From positions 1 to 32,000 of the forward strand of contig JAJRVL010000002.1 of the NCBI GenBank assembly GCA_024277355.1: 32,000 nt of DNA. The letters are read 5' to 3'. Below are positions 9,837-18,506 of the stretch, piece by piece. The position numbers were made by a program, and so were the translations under genes. The number at the start of each line of letters is the position of its first letter. The stretch's first letter is position 1. The notes beneath the pieces are model-generated. The model worked only from the letters and a program-made list of their open reading frames with translations, did no database searches and was not told the DNA's origin. The stretch is from an archaeon. Lineage in GTDB: Archaea; Iainarchaeota; Iainarchaeia; Iainarchaeales; 1-14-0-10-31-34.

Positions 9837-11663
9837 TTAAATCCTGCTTACTTCTTTTATTCCTTCAATTTTATTTATTTTTTCAAGGATTTTTCCTATG
9901 GTTTGTGGTTTTTTTGTTTTAAGTGTTATAGTGCAGTTCACTGTTTTGTTTTCTACTTTTGCATTAGTTGAAATTATTTTTCCTTTTAATGAAGTAACTG
10001 CATCAAGTATTTCTGTAAGTAAGTTTACTTTTTCTTTTGCCTGAATTTTTATTTTTGTATTTAATTCTTTTTGGCCGATCATTTTCCAGTTTATTGGAAT
10101 TATTTTTTTTCTGTTTTCTCTTTTAAGGTTTACACAGTTTTCGTTATGAACGATTAATTTTCTTTTTGTGGTTTTTATTGCAAAAATTTTGTTTTCAGGA
10201 AGCGGATTACAGCATTTGGCTATTTTAATTGATTCAATTATTTTTTTTGATATTTCTGGTTTTATTATTTTTGGTTTTACTTCTTGGGATATTTTTAATA
10301 TTTGTTTTATTTTTGCTTTAGCTTTTTTTGTTTTTACCATCACTAACCATTGTCTTTTTGGAAACTGTTTTTTTGAAGTTATTATTTCAACTAAATCTCC
10401 GTTTTCCAGTTTATGGTCTAATTTTACTATTTTGCCGTTTACTTTTGCTTTTTCACATTTGTTTCCCATGTTTGAGTGAACTGCATAAGCAAAATCTAAT
10501 GGTGTTGAATCAGGAGTCAGTTCAATTATGTCGGCTTTTGGTGTTAAAGTAAATATTTTTTTTTCTTCAAATCTTAATTTTAATGTGTCAAGTATTTTTT
10601 TTGTTTTATTTTTTCTGTGCCATTCAATTAATTCTTTTGCCCATGTTAATTTAGAGTCAAATTCTTTGTCTTTTTTTACTTCTTTGTAGGCCCAGTGTGC
10701 AGGAAGGCCTTCTTCTGCTTCTGCGTTCATTTCAAAGGTTCTTATTTGTGTTTCAAATATTTTTTTATCTTTGGTTTTTAAGTCTGTGTGGATTGAACGG
10801 TAATTATTTTTTTTTGGGGTTGCAATATAATCATCAAATGAGTTAAGCAGTGGTTCATACATTGAATGGATTATGCCTAAAATTAAATAACATTCTTTTA
10901 TTGTATTGCAGAGTATTCTCACTGCAATTAAGTCATGTAATTCGTTTGCTTTGCAGTTTTTTTTCTTCATTTTACTGTATATTCCGAAAAAGTTTTTGGT
11001 TCTGCCGATTATTTTTGCATTTATTTTATCGTCTTTAAATCTTTTTTTTATTTCATTAATTATTTTTTTTAAGTCTGTTTCTCTTTCTTTTCTTTTCTTT
11101 TTTAATGCTCGTTTTAGTTTGTTGTATTCTTTTGGGTGTTCAATTTTAAATGCTCTGTCTTCTAACTCCCATTTTATTTCATTTAATCCAAGTTTTTGGC
11201 TGATTGGAAGATATACTTCTCTTATTTTTTTTGCAAGAATTTTATCTGGTTCTTTTACATTTCTTAATTCAGATAATTTTAATGAAAGTGCAATTATTAT
11301 TGTTCTGATGTCTTTTGTTGTAGCAAGAATTATTTTGCTTAATGTTTCTGAAGAAAAATTTTTGCTTTGGGATTCAATTTTTTTTATTTTTCTTAGCTCT
11401 TCAACAATATTTGTTATGTCTTCATTGAATTCTTTTGTTATTTCTTCTTTTTTTGTTTTGGTTTCGCATAAAAATGTTGCAGCTAAAGGGTTTCCTTTTA
11501 TTCCTAATGAATTCAGAATATAAGCGCTGTTTAATGAATTTTGAAATTGCTTTTGATCAATAATTTTATCTGAATATTCTATTGCTTTTTTTATTTGAGA
11601 GTAATAAGGTCCTTTTTTTATTGAGTTCTTGAATTTTTCAACTGAAATGTTTTCATATTCCAT
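9837..11663 (-). CDS. Long RelA/SpoT homolog: degenerate HD, (p)ppGpp synthetase, TGS, CC/zinc-finger and ACT domains
   Basis: GRTKNFFGIYSKM, ELHDLIAVRIL, SFDDYIATPKKNNYRSIHT, FETQIRTFEMNAEAEEGLPAHWAYKE (synthetase); LTPDSTPLDFAYAVHSNMGNKC (TGS); IKIAKCCNPLPENK (CC motif); C-terminal ACT-like region. Confidence 0.93.
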   Translation of the reverse strand: MEYENISVEKFKNSIKKGPYYSQIKKAIEYSDKIIDQKQFQNSLNSAYILNSLGIKGNPLAATFLCETKTKKEEITKEFNEDITNIVEELRKIKKIESQSKNFSSETLSKIILATTKDIRTIIIALSLKLSELRNVKEPDKILAKKIREVYLPISQKLGLNEIKWELEDRAFKIEHPKEYNKLKRALKKKRKERETDLKKIINEIKKRFKDDKINAKIIGRTKNFFGIYSKMKKKNCKANELHDLIAVRILCNTIKECYLILGIIHSMYEPLLNSFDDYIATPKKNNYRSIHTDLKTKDKKIFETQIRTFEMNAEAEEGLPAHWAYKEVKKDKEFDSKLTWAKELIEWHRKNKTKKILDTLKLRFEEKKIFTLTPKADIIELTPDSTPLDFAYAVHSNMGNKCEKAKVNGKIVKLDHKLENGDLVEIITSKKQFPKRQWLVMVKTKKAKAKIKQILKISQEVKPKIIKPEISKKIIESIKIAKCCNPLPENKIFAIKTTKRKLIVHNENCVNLKRENRKKIIPINWKMIGQKELNTKIKIQAKEKVNLLTEILDAVTSLKGKIISTNAKVENKTVNCTITLKTKKPQTIGKILEKINKIEGIKEVSRI

Positions 11664-11772
11664 ATAATATAATTTATTTAAGGAAAAGCTTTAATTCTGT
11701 TTTTTTAATGTTTTTTTTTGTATTGCATAATTTTATTTATTTATTTGTCTTTTATTTGATAAGGTGTTATTT

Positions 11773-12498
11773 TTGATTATTGCAGGAAACTGGAAAATGA
11801 ATAAAACAATTAAAGAAACAAAAGAATTTTTTGAAAAATTTAATAAACTTGTTTCTGAAACAAAAAACAAGATTTTAATTTTTCCTTCTTTTATTTGTCT
11901 TCAGACAGCAAAAGAAACTGCTTCAAAAAACATATTTATTGGTTCTCAAAATGTTTTTTTTGAAGAAAAAGGAGCTTTTACAGGGGAGATTTCTGTTTTA
12001 CAGATTAAAGATTTATGTGATTTTGTTTTGTTAGGCCATTCAGAAAGAAGACATAAATTTTCTGAATCAAATGAGTTAATTAATAAAAAAGTAATTAATG
12101 CAATTAAATCATTTAATGTTGTTTTATGTGTTGGAGAAACTGAAAGTGAAATGGAAAAAGGAAAAACTAATTTTGTTTTAGAAAACCAGTTAATTAAAGG
12201 ATTAAAAGAAGTTTCTTTTTCAGAAAAACTATTTATTGCTTATGAACCTGTCTGGGCTATTGGTACAGGAAAAACTGCAGGAAAAAAGGAAATTAATTCT
12301 GCTCATTCTTTTATACGAAAAAAATTAATTGAATTATTTGGAGAAAAAGCTGATTCAATTAATATTTTGTATGGGGGAAGCGTTAAACCTAATAATTTAA
12401 ATGAAATTTTTTCTGCTGAAAATGTAAATGGAGTTTTAGTTGGCGGAGCATCACTTAACCCTGAAATTTTTGCAGAAATAGTTAATTATAAAAAATAA
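11773..12498 (+). CDS. tpiA: Triosephosphate isomerase (bacterial/eukaryotic-style)
   Basis: IIAGNWKMNKT, FVLLGHSERRHKF, AYEPVWAIGTGKTA, NILYGGSVKPNN. AAGGTG Shine-Dalgarno then TTG start at 11773; the track start at 11764 is the GTG inside the Shine-Dalgarno. Confidence 0.94.
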   Translation: MIIAGNWKMNKTIKETKEFFEKFNKLVSETKNKILIFPSFICLQTAKETASKNIFIGSQNVFFEEKGAFTGEISVLQIKDLCDFVLLGHSERRHKFSESNELINKKVINAIKSFNVVLCVGETESEMEKGKTNFVLENQLIKGLKEVSFSEKLFIAYEPVWAIGTGKTAGKKEINSAHSFIRKKLIELFGEKADSINILYGGSVKPNNLNEIFSAENVNGVLVGGASLNPEIFAEIVNYKK

Positions 12499-12501
12499 AT
12501 A

Positions 12502-12538
12502 AAAATAAAAAAAAGGAAATGCAGTTAACTGCATTTTC
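12502..12538 (-). terminator. Hairpin plus T-tract terminator between convergent tpiA and pilin gene
   Basis: 20-bp perfect palindrome AAATGCAGTTAACTGCATTT (12517-12536), followed on the minus strand by TTTTTTTTATTTTT. Confidence 0.6.
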
Positions 12539-12977
12539 CAATTAATCCTTTGTCGCCTAACTGTACTAATCCATTGACTTTCTTTGAATTGTAAGTAAAT
12601 GAAACATTGTAGTCAAATCCGCTTCCTGCGTTTCCGCATGCAGTTAATCCTGTTAATGAAACTAATTCAGATTCGCCTGCGTTAAATGAAACACTTGAAC
12701 TTAATCCGGCTATTCCGTCAATGTTTAAGTCAGTTAAAGTCAGTTTGTTTGCTGAAATATTCTGCACTTCAATTTCTGCTGTTGTTCCGCTGAATTTGAA
12801 TTCCTTTATTGAGAAAGGAGAAGTGCTTTGCCAGTATGCTCTTGACTGTTGTTCGGTTAATCCTCCTGTTAATCCAGGAACCCAACCCATTACACCTACA
12901 ACAACTAATGCAATGACAATTATTACTGCAAGAATAATTAAGTATTCTGTTGTTCCTTGTGCTTTTCTTCCAATCAT
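12525..12977 (-). CDS. Class III signal-peptide (archaeal type IV) pilin
   Basis: MIGRKAQGTTEYLIILAVIIVIALVVVGV: charged start, A|QGTTEYL processing motif, hydrophobic helix. Strong GGAGG Shine-Dalgarno suggests high expression. Confidence 0.85.
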   Translation of the reverse strand: MIGRKAQGTTEYLIILAVIIVIALVVVGVMGWVPGLTGGLTEQQSRAYWQSTSPFSIKEFKFSGTTAEIEVQNISANKLTLTDLNIDGIAGLSSSVSFNAGESELVSLTGLTACGNAGSGFDYNVSFTYNSKKVNGLVQLGDKGLIGKCS

Positions 12978-13047
12978 TTTTTTTTCCTCCTTTTAGATAA
13001 ATATTATAGCTATTATTTAGTGTCTTTTTATTTATAACTTTTTCTGA

Positions 13048-13977
13048 TTAGACAATTGAAAGAAATCCTGAAATTACTGTTTTAAATGCTGTAAAAAGAA
13101 TAAATGATGCAATAAAAATTATTGGAGAATACTTTAATCCCAATTTTATTTTTCTTTCAGTTAAAACTCCTATAAATAAACTTGCAAGAATTGAATTTCC
13201 TAATAATAAAATCACTGCAATATTGTGCATGAAATTTGAAGTTATTACGATTTCTGCACTAAGAAAACCAATATTAAGGCTTTCATCAACTGCACTTTGT
13301 CCTTGAATTGAATTAATCATTTCAAGGAACTGAACGGAAATTGACATCAACAAAGGGGTTGCTACAACTATTACAAATAAAACAAATAACACATACATTT
13401 TTGTTCCTGAAATCATTTCTTTTTTCATTTCCTGTGTTTTTGATATGTCTTCTGAGCTTGCTTCAAGCAGTTTAGCCAGTTTTCCGCCGGACCTCATGCT
13501 TTCAGAAAGAAATGCAACGCTTTCTTTTAGAATTCTTGAATCAATTTTTTCGGATAATTGTTTTAATGAATTTCTGAATGAGTCTATTCCTAAACTTTTT
13601 GTGCTTATTGTTTTTATTTCTTCAGCTAAAGGGCCAAATTCTTCTCTTGAACTGTTTTTAAATGCACTAAAAGGAGTCATTCCAGATCTTAAGTTTGATG
13701 CAACTAATAAAAGAAAGTCTGGAAGGACTGTTTCAACTCTTTTTACTCTGTCGTCAATTTGGTGTTCTAAATGAAAATAATAAATAAATTCAGTTAAAAT
13801 AAAAAGAATTATTCCTAAAATAAATGAAAATAATATTTGAATTGTGAATTCATTTAATGAAAAATATTTACCTAAACTTAATGGAATTAAAAAACCAATT
13901 ATAAAAAACAATAATGCAAGCATTATTCTTTTACCTAACCATTCATCTATGTCTTCGTTTATCCCTGCATAATCCAT
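13048..13977 (-). CDS. Type II secretion F / TadC-FlaJ-like membrane protein
   Basis: Multi-TM protein with LPDFLLLVASNLRSGMTPFSAFKNSSREEFGPLAEEI...LLEASSEDISKTQEMKKEMISGTKMY typical of T2SSF. Confidence 0.85.
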   Translation of the reverse strand: MDYAGINEDIDEWLGKRIMLALLFFIIGFLIPLSLGKYFSLNEFTIQILFSFILGIILFILTEFIYYFHLEHQIDDRVKRVETVLPDFLLLVASNLRSGMTPFSAFKNSSREEFGPLAEEIKTISTKSLGIDSFRNSLKQLSEKIDSRILKESVAFLSESMRSGGKLAKLLEASSEDISKTQEMKKEMISGTKMYVLFVLFVIVVATPLLMSISVQFLEMINSIQGQSAVDESLNIGFLSAEIVITSNFMHNIAVILLLGNSILASLFIGVLTERKIKLGLKYSPIIFIASFILFTAFKTVISGFLSIV

Positions 13978-14042
13978 TTTAATTAAAATTTTTTTTCTTG
14001 TTTTTTCAGGAATGATTTCTGAAAGTCTTTTTTGTATTAATT

Positions 14043-14927
14043 TTATAAAATCACCTTTGGTTTTCTGTTTTTAACAAAACCAATTAATATTATTTGAACT
14101 ATAAATGCAAATAAAATTGTAATAATTACATGCATTTCAGATATGTCTGATCCTCCAAAAGAAGAAAGAATTATCATAAAAGTAATTCCTAAAGTTGGAA
14201 TTGCGGCAGCTAAAAGCAGATACATTAAAATCCATAAATTTAGTTCAGCTGAATAATTTTTTATTGCTCTTAATTGATTTGCAGTTAAAGTGTTAATTGC
14301 AGTTTCTAATGCACCTGCAACACTTGCCCCGCTTTTAATTGATGCAGTAATCTGCCAGGCAGCTTTTTTCATGTATTCTGATTTTGTTTTTAATGCAAGT
14401 TTTTCTAATGCTTTTGCTTCAGAGATTCCTGAATTAATGTCCTGAATTAATTCATTGAATTCTTCTGATACTATCCCATAATCTGCTTTAGCAATGTTTT
14501 TTATTGTGTTAAATAAAGGTATTCCTGATTTAACCTGAATTAACATGCTTTTTAATGCAAAAATTAAGTTTTGGTCAATTCCAAAAGCAATTCTTTTTGA
14601 AATTATTCCTGGATAAATAATATGCAAAAAGAAAAATAACACAAAAAACATTATTCCTGCAATAACATTTAATGGAAATGCGTTTGCAATTATTCCGTCT
14701 CTTAAAAAAATAAGGGCAGTTAAAAAAATAAAGAAAAAAATCCCGTAAATTAATCCAGATAAAAAACTTGCAGTAAGATACTCTTCAGTGCTTATATTTA
14801 ATTCTGCTTTTTTTATTTCATATTTAACTCCGACAAAAACTTTCTGAAAAAAATCTCCAATAAATAAAATTCGTTTATTTAATTTTTTAGCCTGTTCGAT
14901 TGAAAACAACATGAATTTTACTCTCAT
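14043..14927 (-). CDS. Type II secretion F / TadC-FlaJ-like membrane protein (second copy)
   Basis: FALKSMLIQVKSGIPLFNTIKNIAKADYGIVSEEFNELIQDINSGISEAKALEKLA; multiple TM segments. Confidence 0.85.
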   Translation of the reverse strand: MRVKFMLFSIEQAKKLNKRILFIGDFFQKVFVGVKYEIKKAELNISTEEYLTASFLSGLIYGIFFFIFLTALIFLRDGIIANAFPLNVIAGIMFFVLFFFLHIIYPGIISKRIAFGIDQNLIFALKSMLIQVKSGIPLFNTIKNIAKADYGIVSEEFNELIQDINSGISEAKALEKLALKTKSEYMKKAAWQITASIKSGASVAGALETAINTLTANQLRAIKNYSAELNLWILMYLLLAAAIPTLGITFMIILSSFGGSDISEMHVIITILFAFIVQIILIGFVKNRKPKVIL

Positions 14928-14936
14928 TTTTTATCA

Positions 14937-16187
14937 CTACATTTTATTGAAGTCAAGTTTTTTTCCCACTGCTTCCAGAACTAAATCCTTGTTGCTGTAA
15001 TATTTGTTCATTACTTCTCCTACTTTGTTTACGTCATTTATTTTTTTTTCTATCATCCATTCAAGGATTGTTTTTCTTTCTTCTAAATCTTTAGTTATTT
15101 CCTGTTCGGTTAATCCTGTGTGTAAATTTAATTCTCCGTAAAATTTTGTTGGTTCATCTATTTTATCCCAGGTGTCTGTTCTTGGGCTCCATCTGTAAAT
15201 TGTGTTAATTGAAATGCTTCCTTCGTGGCTTCCTGTGTCTATTTCGCTTATTTCCATTGTTCTTCTTTTGTTTGTTTTTCTGTCTCTGTATTGAACTAAA
15301 ACTAAATGTAATGCTTCAACTTCTAATGCAGGAATTTCAATTGGCGGTTCAGTTAATCTTCTGACTAACTGCATTCCTGAATCGGCATGCATTGTTGAAT
15401 AAACTGAATGTCCTGTATGCATTGCTTCAAATAATACTTCTGCTTCTTTTCTTTGCCTCATTTCTCCTAAAATTATTCTGTCTGGACGCATTCTTAATGC
15501 AGACATCATTAAGTCAAACATGCTTATTTCTCCTACGCCTTCTGGGTTAGGGTTTCTTGTTGTTAATGGAACCCAGTTCCATTTTAAGTTTTCAGGAAGA
15601 ACTAGTTCTCTTACATCTTCTATTGTAATTATTCTGTGGTAATTTGGAATCATTGCACATAAAGTGTTTAGTGCAGATGTTTTTCCTGAGGCGGTTGAAC
15701 CTGCTACCATTAAATTCATTTCATAATGCAGTGCCATCCACAAAAAGGCAGCCATTTCTGAGTTCATTGTGTGTTTTTCAGGAGAAATAAAGTCTGTTAT
15801 AGTCCAGGGTCTTCTTGAAAATTTTCTTATTGTAATTGTATTGCCTAAAGATGAAACAGGAAATAATGTTGCATTAACTCTGTCGCCTGTAATTAAATGT
15901 GCGTCAAGAATTGGATTTAAGTTTGTTATTTCTCTTCCGATTTTTCTTGCAATTTGTGCAGCATAATTTTCAATTAATTCTTCTGATTCAACATTAATGT
16001 TTGTTTTAAGCCAGCCAAATTCTCTGTGATACACTGCAATAGGTGTCTTAGATGAATTAATTGTAATTTCTTCTAATAAGTCATCTTTAATTAATACTTC
16101 TAATTCTCCCATTCCATACATTTCATGCAGTAAAATTCCTGCAAGTTTTGTTGTTGTAGATTTTTCATTTTCAGGAAAATATTTCAT
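14937..16187 (-). CDS. Type II/IV secretion ATPase (FlaI/TadA/GspE family), core region; open frame continues upstream to 16448
   Basis: VAGSTASGKTSALNTLCAMIP (Walker A), RIITIEDVRELVLP, LRMRPDRIILGEMRQRKEAEVLFEAMHTGHSVYSTMHAD. See finding on the split gene for the N-terminus. Confidence 0.93.
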   Translation of the reverse strand: MKYFPENEKSTTTKLAGILLHEMYGMGELEVLIKDDLLEEITINSSKTPIAVYHREFGWLKTNINVESEELIENYAAQIARKIGREITNLNPILDAHLITGDRVNATLFPVSSLGNTITIRKFSRRPWTITDFISPEKHTMNSEMAAFLWMALHYEMNLMVAGSTASGKTSALNTLCAMIPNYHRIITIEDVRELVLPENLKWNWVPLTTRNPNPEGVGEISMFDLMMSALRMRPDRIILGEMRQRKEAEVLFEAMHTGHSVYSTMHADSGMQLVRRLTEPPIEIPALEVEALHLVLVQYRDRKTNKRRTMEISEIDTGSHEGSISINTIYRWSPRTDTWDKIDEPTKFYGELNLHTGLTEQEITKDLEERKTILEWMIEKKINDVNKVGEVMNKYYSNKDLVLEAVGKKLDFNKM

Positions 16188-16432
16188 TAAAGTTTTATTT
16201 ACTATTTGTATAAATTTTTGTTTTAATTTTAAGTTTTCTTCTTCTGAGTCAATTGAAACACTTTTTGCAATTTCGTCTTTTATTTCTTCAAGGAATTTTT
16301 TTGTTGAATAGTCTGCTTTGTCAAATTCAAGGAAATATAAAGGGCGTTTTTCTTTTTCTATTGTTTTTATTTTAACTGTTGCATTTGATTCTTCTTTTAT
16401 TTCGTATGTGTTTATAGTTTTAGTTGCTTTAA

Positions 16433-16660
16433 TTAATTTTTTTTTTCTTCAGGAATTTCCTGTTCAAGTCTAATAAAAGGTTTAGATAAAACATTTGCGG
16501 GATAAATTACATTTAATATTCCTGTTTTTTCCATTACTTTTGCTGTTAATTCAACTTTGTTTTTTTCCCAGTTTAATTGTTTTGATATTTGTTCAATTGA
16601 AAGCTTTTTTTCGTCTTTAAGCAGTTCAACCATTTCACTTATTTTTGTTTTTAGTATCAT
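16433..16660 (-). CDS. Small winged-helix/HTH-like ORF, probable N-terminal module of the secretion ATPase
   Basis: MILKTKISEMVELLKDEKKLSIEQISKQLNWEKNKVELTAKVMEKTGILNVIYPANVLSKPFIRLEQEIPEEKKN; overlaps the -1-frame open region of the ATPase gene. Confidence 0.65.
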   Translation of the reverse strand: MILKTKISEMVELLKDEKKLSIEQISKQLNWEKNKVELTAKVMEKTGILNVIYPANVLSKPFIRLEQEIPEEKKN

Positions 16661-16702
16661 TTTTTTCCCTTCAGCAATAATACTGTTTTTTTATTAATAA
16701 AT

Positions 16703-17569
16703 CTAACTAAACTGTTTTAGTTCCATTAATGAATTGGAATTTAAGTCTGTTTGAATGTAATTTAAGTCAATGTCTGCATAAAGCTTTAAGCTTGAATTAA
16801 AGTCAATTGCAGGCATAATTGATTTAAATGAAAGATTAATTTTATTTTGGTTGATTGTTTCATTTTCAATTAACATTGCATTATTTTTTCCTTTAAAAGT
16901 CCCAATATTAATTTTAATTTTGTCGTCTCCGTCAGCTGAAAAAATTATTTCTATTTTGTTTTTTAAAGTTGAATCCATTAATAATATTTCATGTTTTTCG
17001 TTTAATGCATTTCCATCAATATAATTAAAGTTTACAATTAAATCAGGGTTTAATGCATTTAATGGTCTTGAAACAGAAACCGAACTTCCTGAAACAGTTA
17101 AATTTAAATCCATTGAAGTCATGTTTGTGTCTCCTAAAGCATAAAAGAAAACTGAATTTTTGTTTGGAGTAAAATCATATTCGTAAACTAGTTTATTGCT
17201 GAATTTTAATGGAATATTTTGGTTTAATCTGTCAACATTAATTTTAATTGAAGAATTATTTATGGCAGAATAACTTGTTTCAGCAAACTCTTTCATTTTT
17301 ATGATTCTCTGCATTTTATTGAAATCTGAAGGAATTATTTCATTAAAAGTTATTTCAAGATTATTTCCTTTATTTACTTTAATGGAAGTTCCTAAAATTT
17401 TGTTTAAGTCAAAACTTAAATCATCTTTAATAAATTCCATTTTAGAATATTTTTTTATTTCTCCTGATGAATAATTTCTTGAATTAACATTTTCTAAATA
17501 AAACATTGAAAATAAAAGCATTGAAGAAAGTAAAAGAATTGCACTAAAGCTTATTACATACCCTTTCAT
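16703..17569 (-). CDS. Membrane-anchored pilin-like/secreted protein, function unknown
   Basis: MKGYVISFSAILLLSSMLLFSMFYLENV N-terminal helix; start overlaps upstream stop (ATGA); within the pilus locus. Confidence 0.7.
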   Translation of the reverse strand: MKGYVISFSAILLLSSMLLFSMFYLENVNSRNYSSGEIKKYSKMEFIKDDLSFDLNKILGTSIKVNKGNNLEITFNEIIPSDFNKMQRIIKMKEFAETSYSAINNSSIKINVDRLNQNIPLKFSNKLVYEYDFTPNKNSVFFYALGDTNMTSMDLNLTVSGSSVSVSRPLNALNPDLIVNFNYIDGNALNEKHEILLMDSTLKNKIEIIFSADGDDKIKINIGTFKGKNNAMLIENETINQNKINLSFKSIMPAIDFNSSLKLYADIDLNYIQTDLNSNSLMELKQFS

Positions 17570-17982
17570 TTTTTCACCTTAAACCAGGCTTTTAATTCAG
17601 CCCAATAAAATTTTTCTCCATAAAAAAAACTTCTTTTAGTTGAAATTTCAGTTAAAGCATTTTTTTTGCATCCTTTTTTTGAAGTAGTATTTAATGCACT
17701 TGAATTATTATCATAATCATATATATTTAATTCAAAACACAAATTTTTTGTTGTTTTATTTAAGTATTTTGAGATTTCTTTGTTTTTGTTTTCTTTTACT
17801 GCTTCTTCAAATTTCCCGCTTTTTTCTAATACAGTTAAAACATCCTCTGAAATTAATGCTAATTTAGTTTCATTTAATGAACTGAATTTGCTTTCAGCAA
17901 AATTTCCGCTTATTGCTACAAGCAATGCAAAAGAAATAATTAATGCAATTACTGCATCAATTGAAATAATAAACCCTTTCAT
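17566..17982 (-). CDS. Pilin-like protein
   Basis: MKGFIISIDAVIALIISFALLVAISGNF N-terminus; 4-bp overlaps with both neighbours. Confidence 0.7.
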   Translation of the reverse strand: MKGFIISIDAVIALIISFALLVAISGNFAESKFSSLNETKLALISEDVLTVLEKSGKFEEAVKENKNKEISKYLNKTTKNLCFELNIYDYDNNSSALNTTSKKGCKKNALTEISTKRSFFYGEKFYWAELKAWFKVKK

Positions 17983-18482
17983 TTAAACACTCCGAAAATA
18001 AATTTTCTTTCTTTTTCATTTAACAAAACATATCTTTCAATTACAATTGTTTTGTTTTCAGCTGAAGGAAAAACTCCGAATTGTTTTAATGGTTGGTCGT
18101 TCATTGAAGTTACTTTAAAATAAAAATCGTATTTTTGTAAACCTAAAATTTCTTTTATTTCATTGTATTTAGCTGCATTTAAGTCAATTAATTTATTTAC
18201 TTTATTTTCATCTAAAATATTTCTTTCTTTTGCTAAGCCAATTGAATTAATGTTTAAGTCATTTAATGTTTCCCAGGAATTTGGCTGGCCTGAAGTCGAA
18301 ATTAAAATTTGAGATGCATTAACTGCTTTTTCCTGCATTTCAAAATAATATTCTTCTTCATTAAGTGAATTCTGAATTAAACCAAAAGATGAAAATGAAA
18401 TAACTAAAATAAAAATTAAAGCAGTAAAAGAAACAATAAAATCAGTGGTAAAAACCTGCCCTTTACAGTTCTTCAATTTCAA
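17979..18482 (-). CDS. Pilin-like protein with N-terminal TM helix
   Basis: MKLKNCKGQVFTTDFIVSFTALIFILVISFSSFG resembles a G|Q processed prepilin. Confidence 0.7.
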   Translation of the reverse strand: MKLKNCKGQVFTTDFIVSFTALIFILVISFSSFGLIQNSLNEEEYYFEMQEKAVNASQILISTSGQPNSWETLNDLNINSIGLAKERNILDENKVNKLIDLNAAKYNEIKEILGLQKYDFYFKVTSMNDQPLKQFGVFPSAENKTIVIERYVLLNEKERKFIFGVFK

Positions 18483-18506
18483 TCACTCCCTTTATGTTTT
18501 CTATTC

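Noticed and set aside
16187-16187. ATG at 16187 as the true start of the secretion ATPase
   Set aside because: The same frame stays open with coding-like sequence for a further 88 or so codons upstream, there is no Shine-Dalgarno at this ATG, and it would leave an unusually large unexplained gap after the 75-aa ORF.
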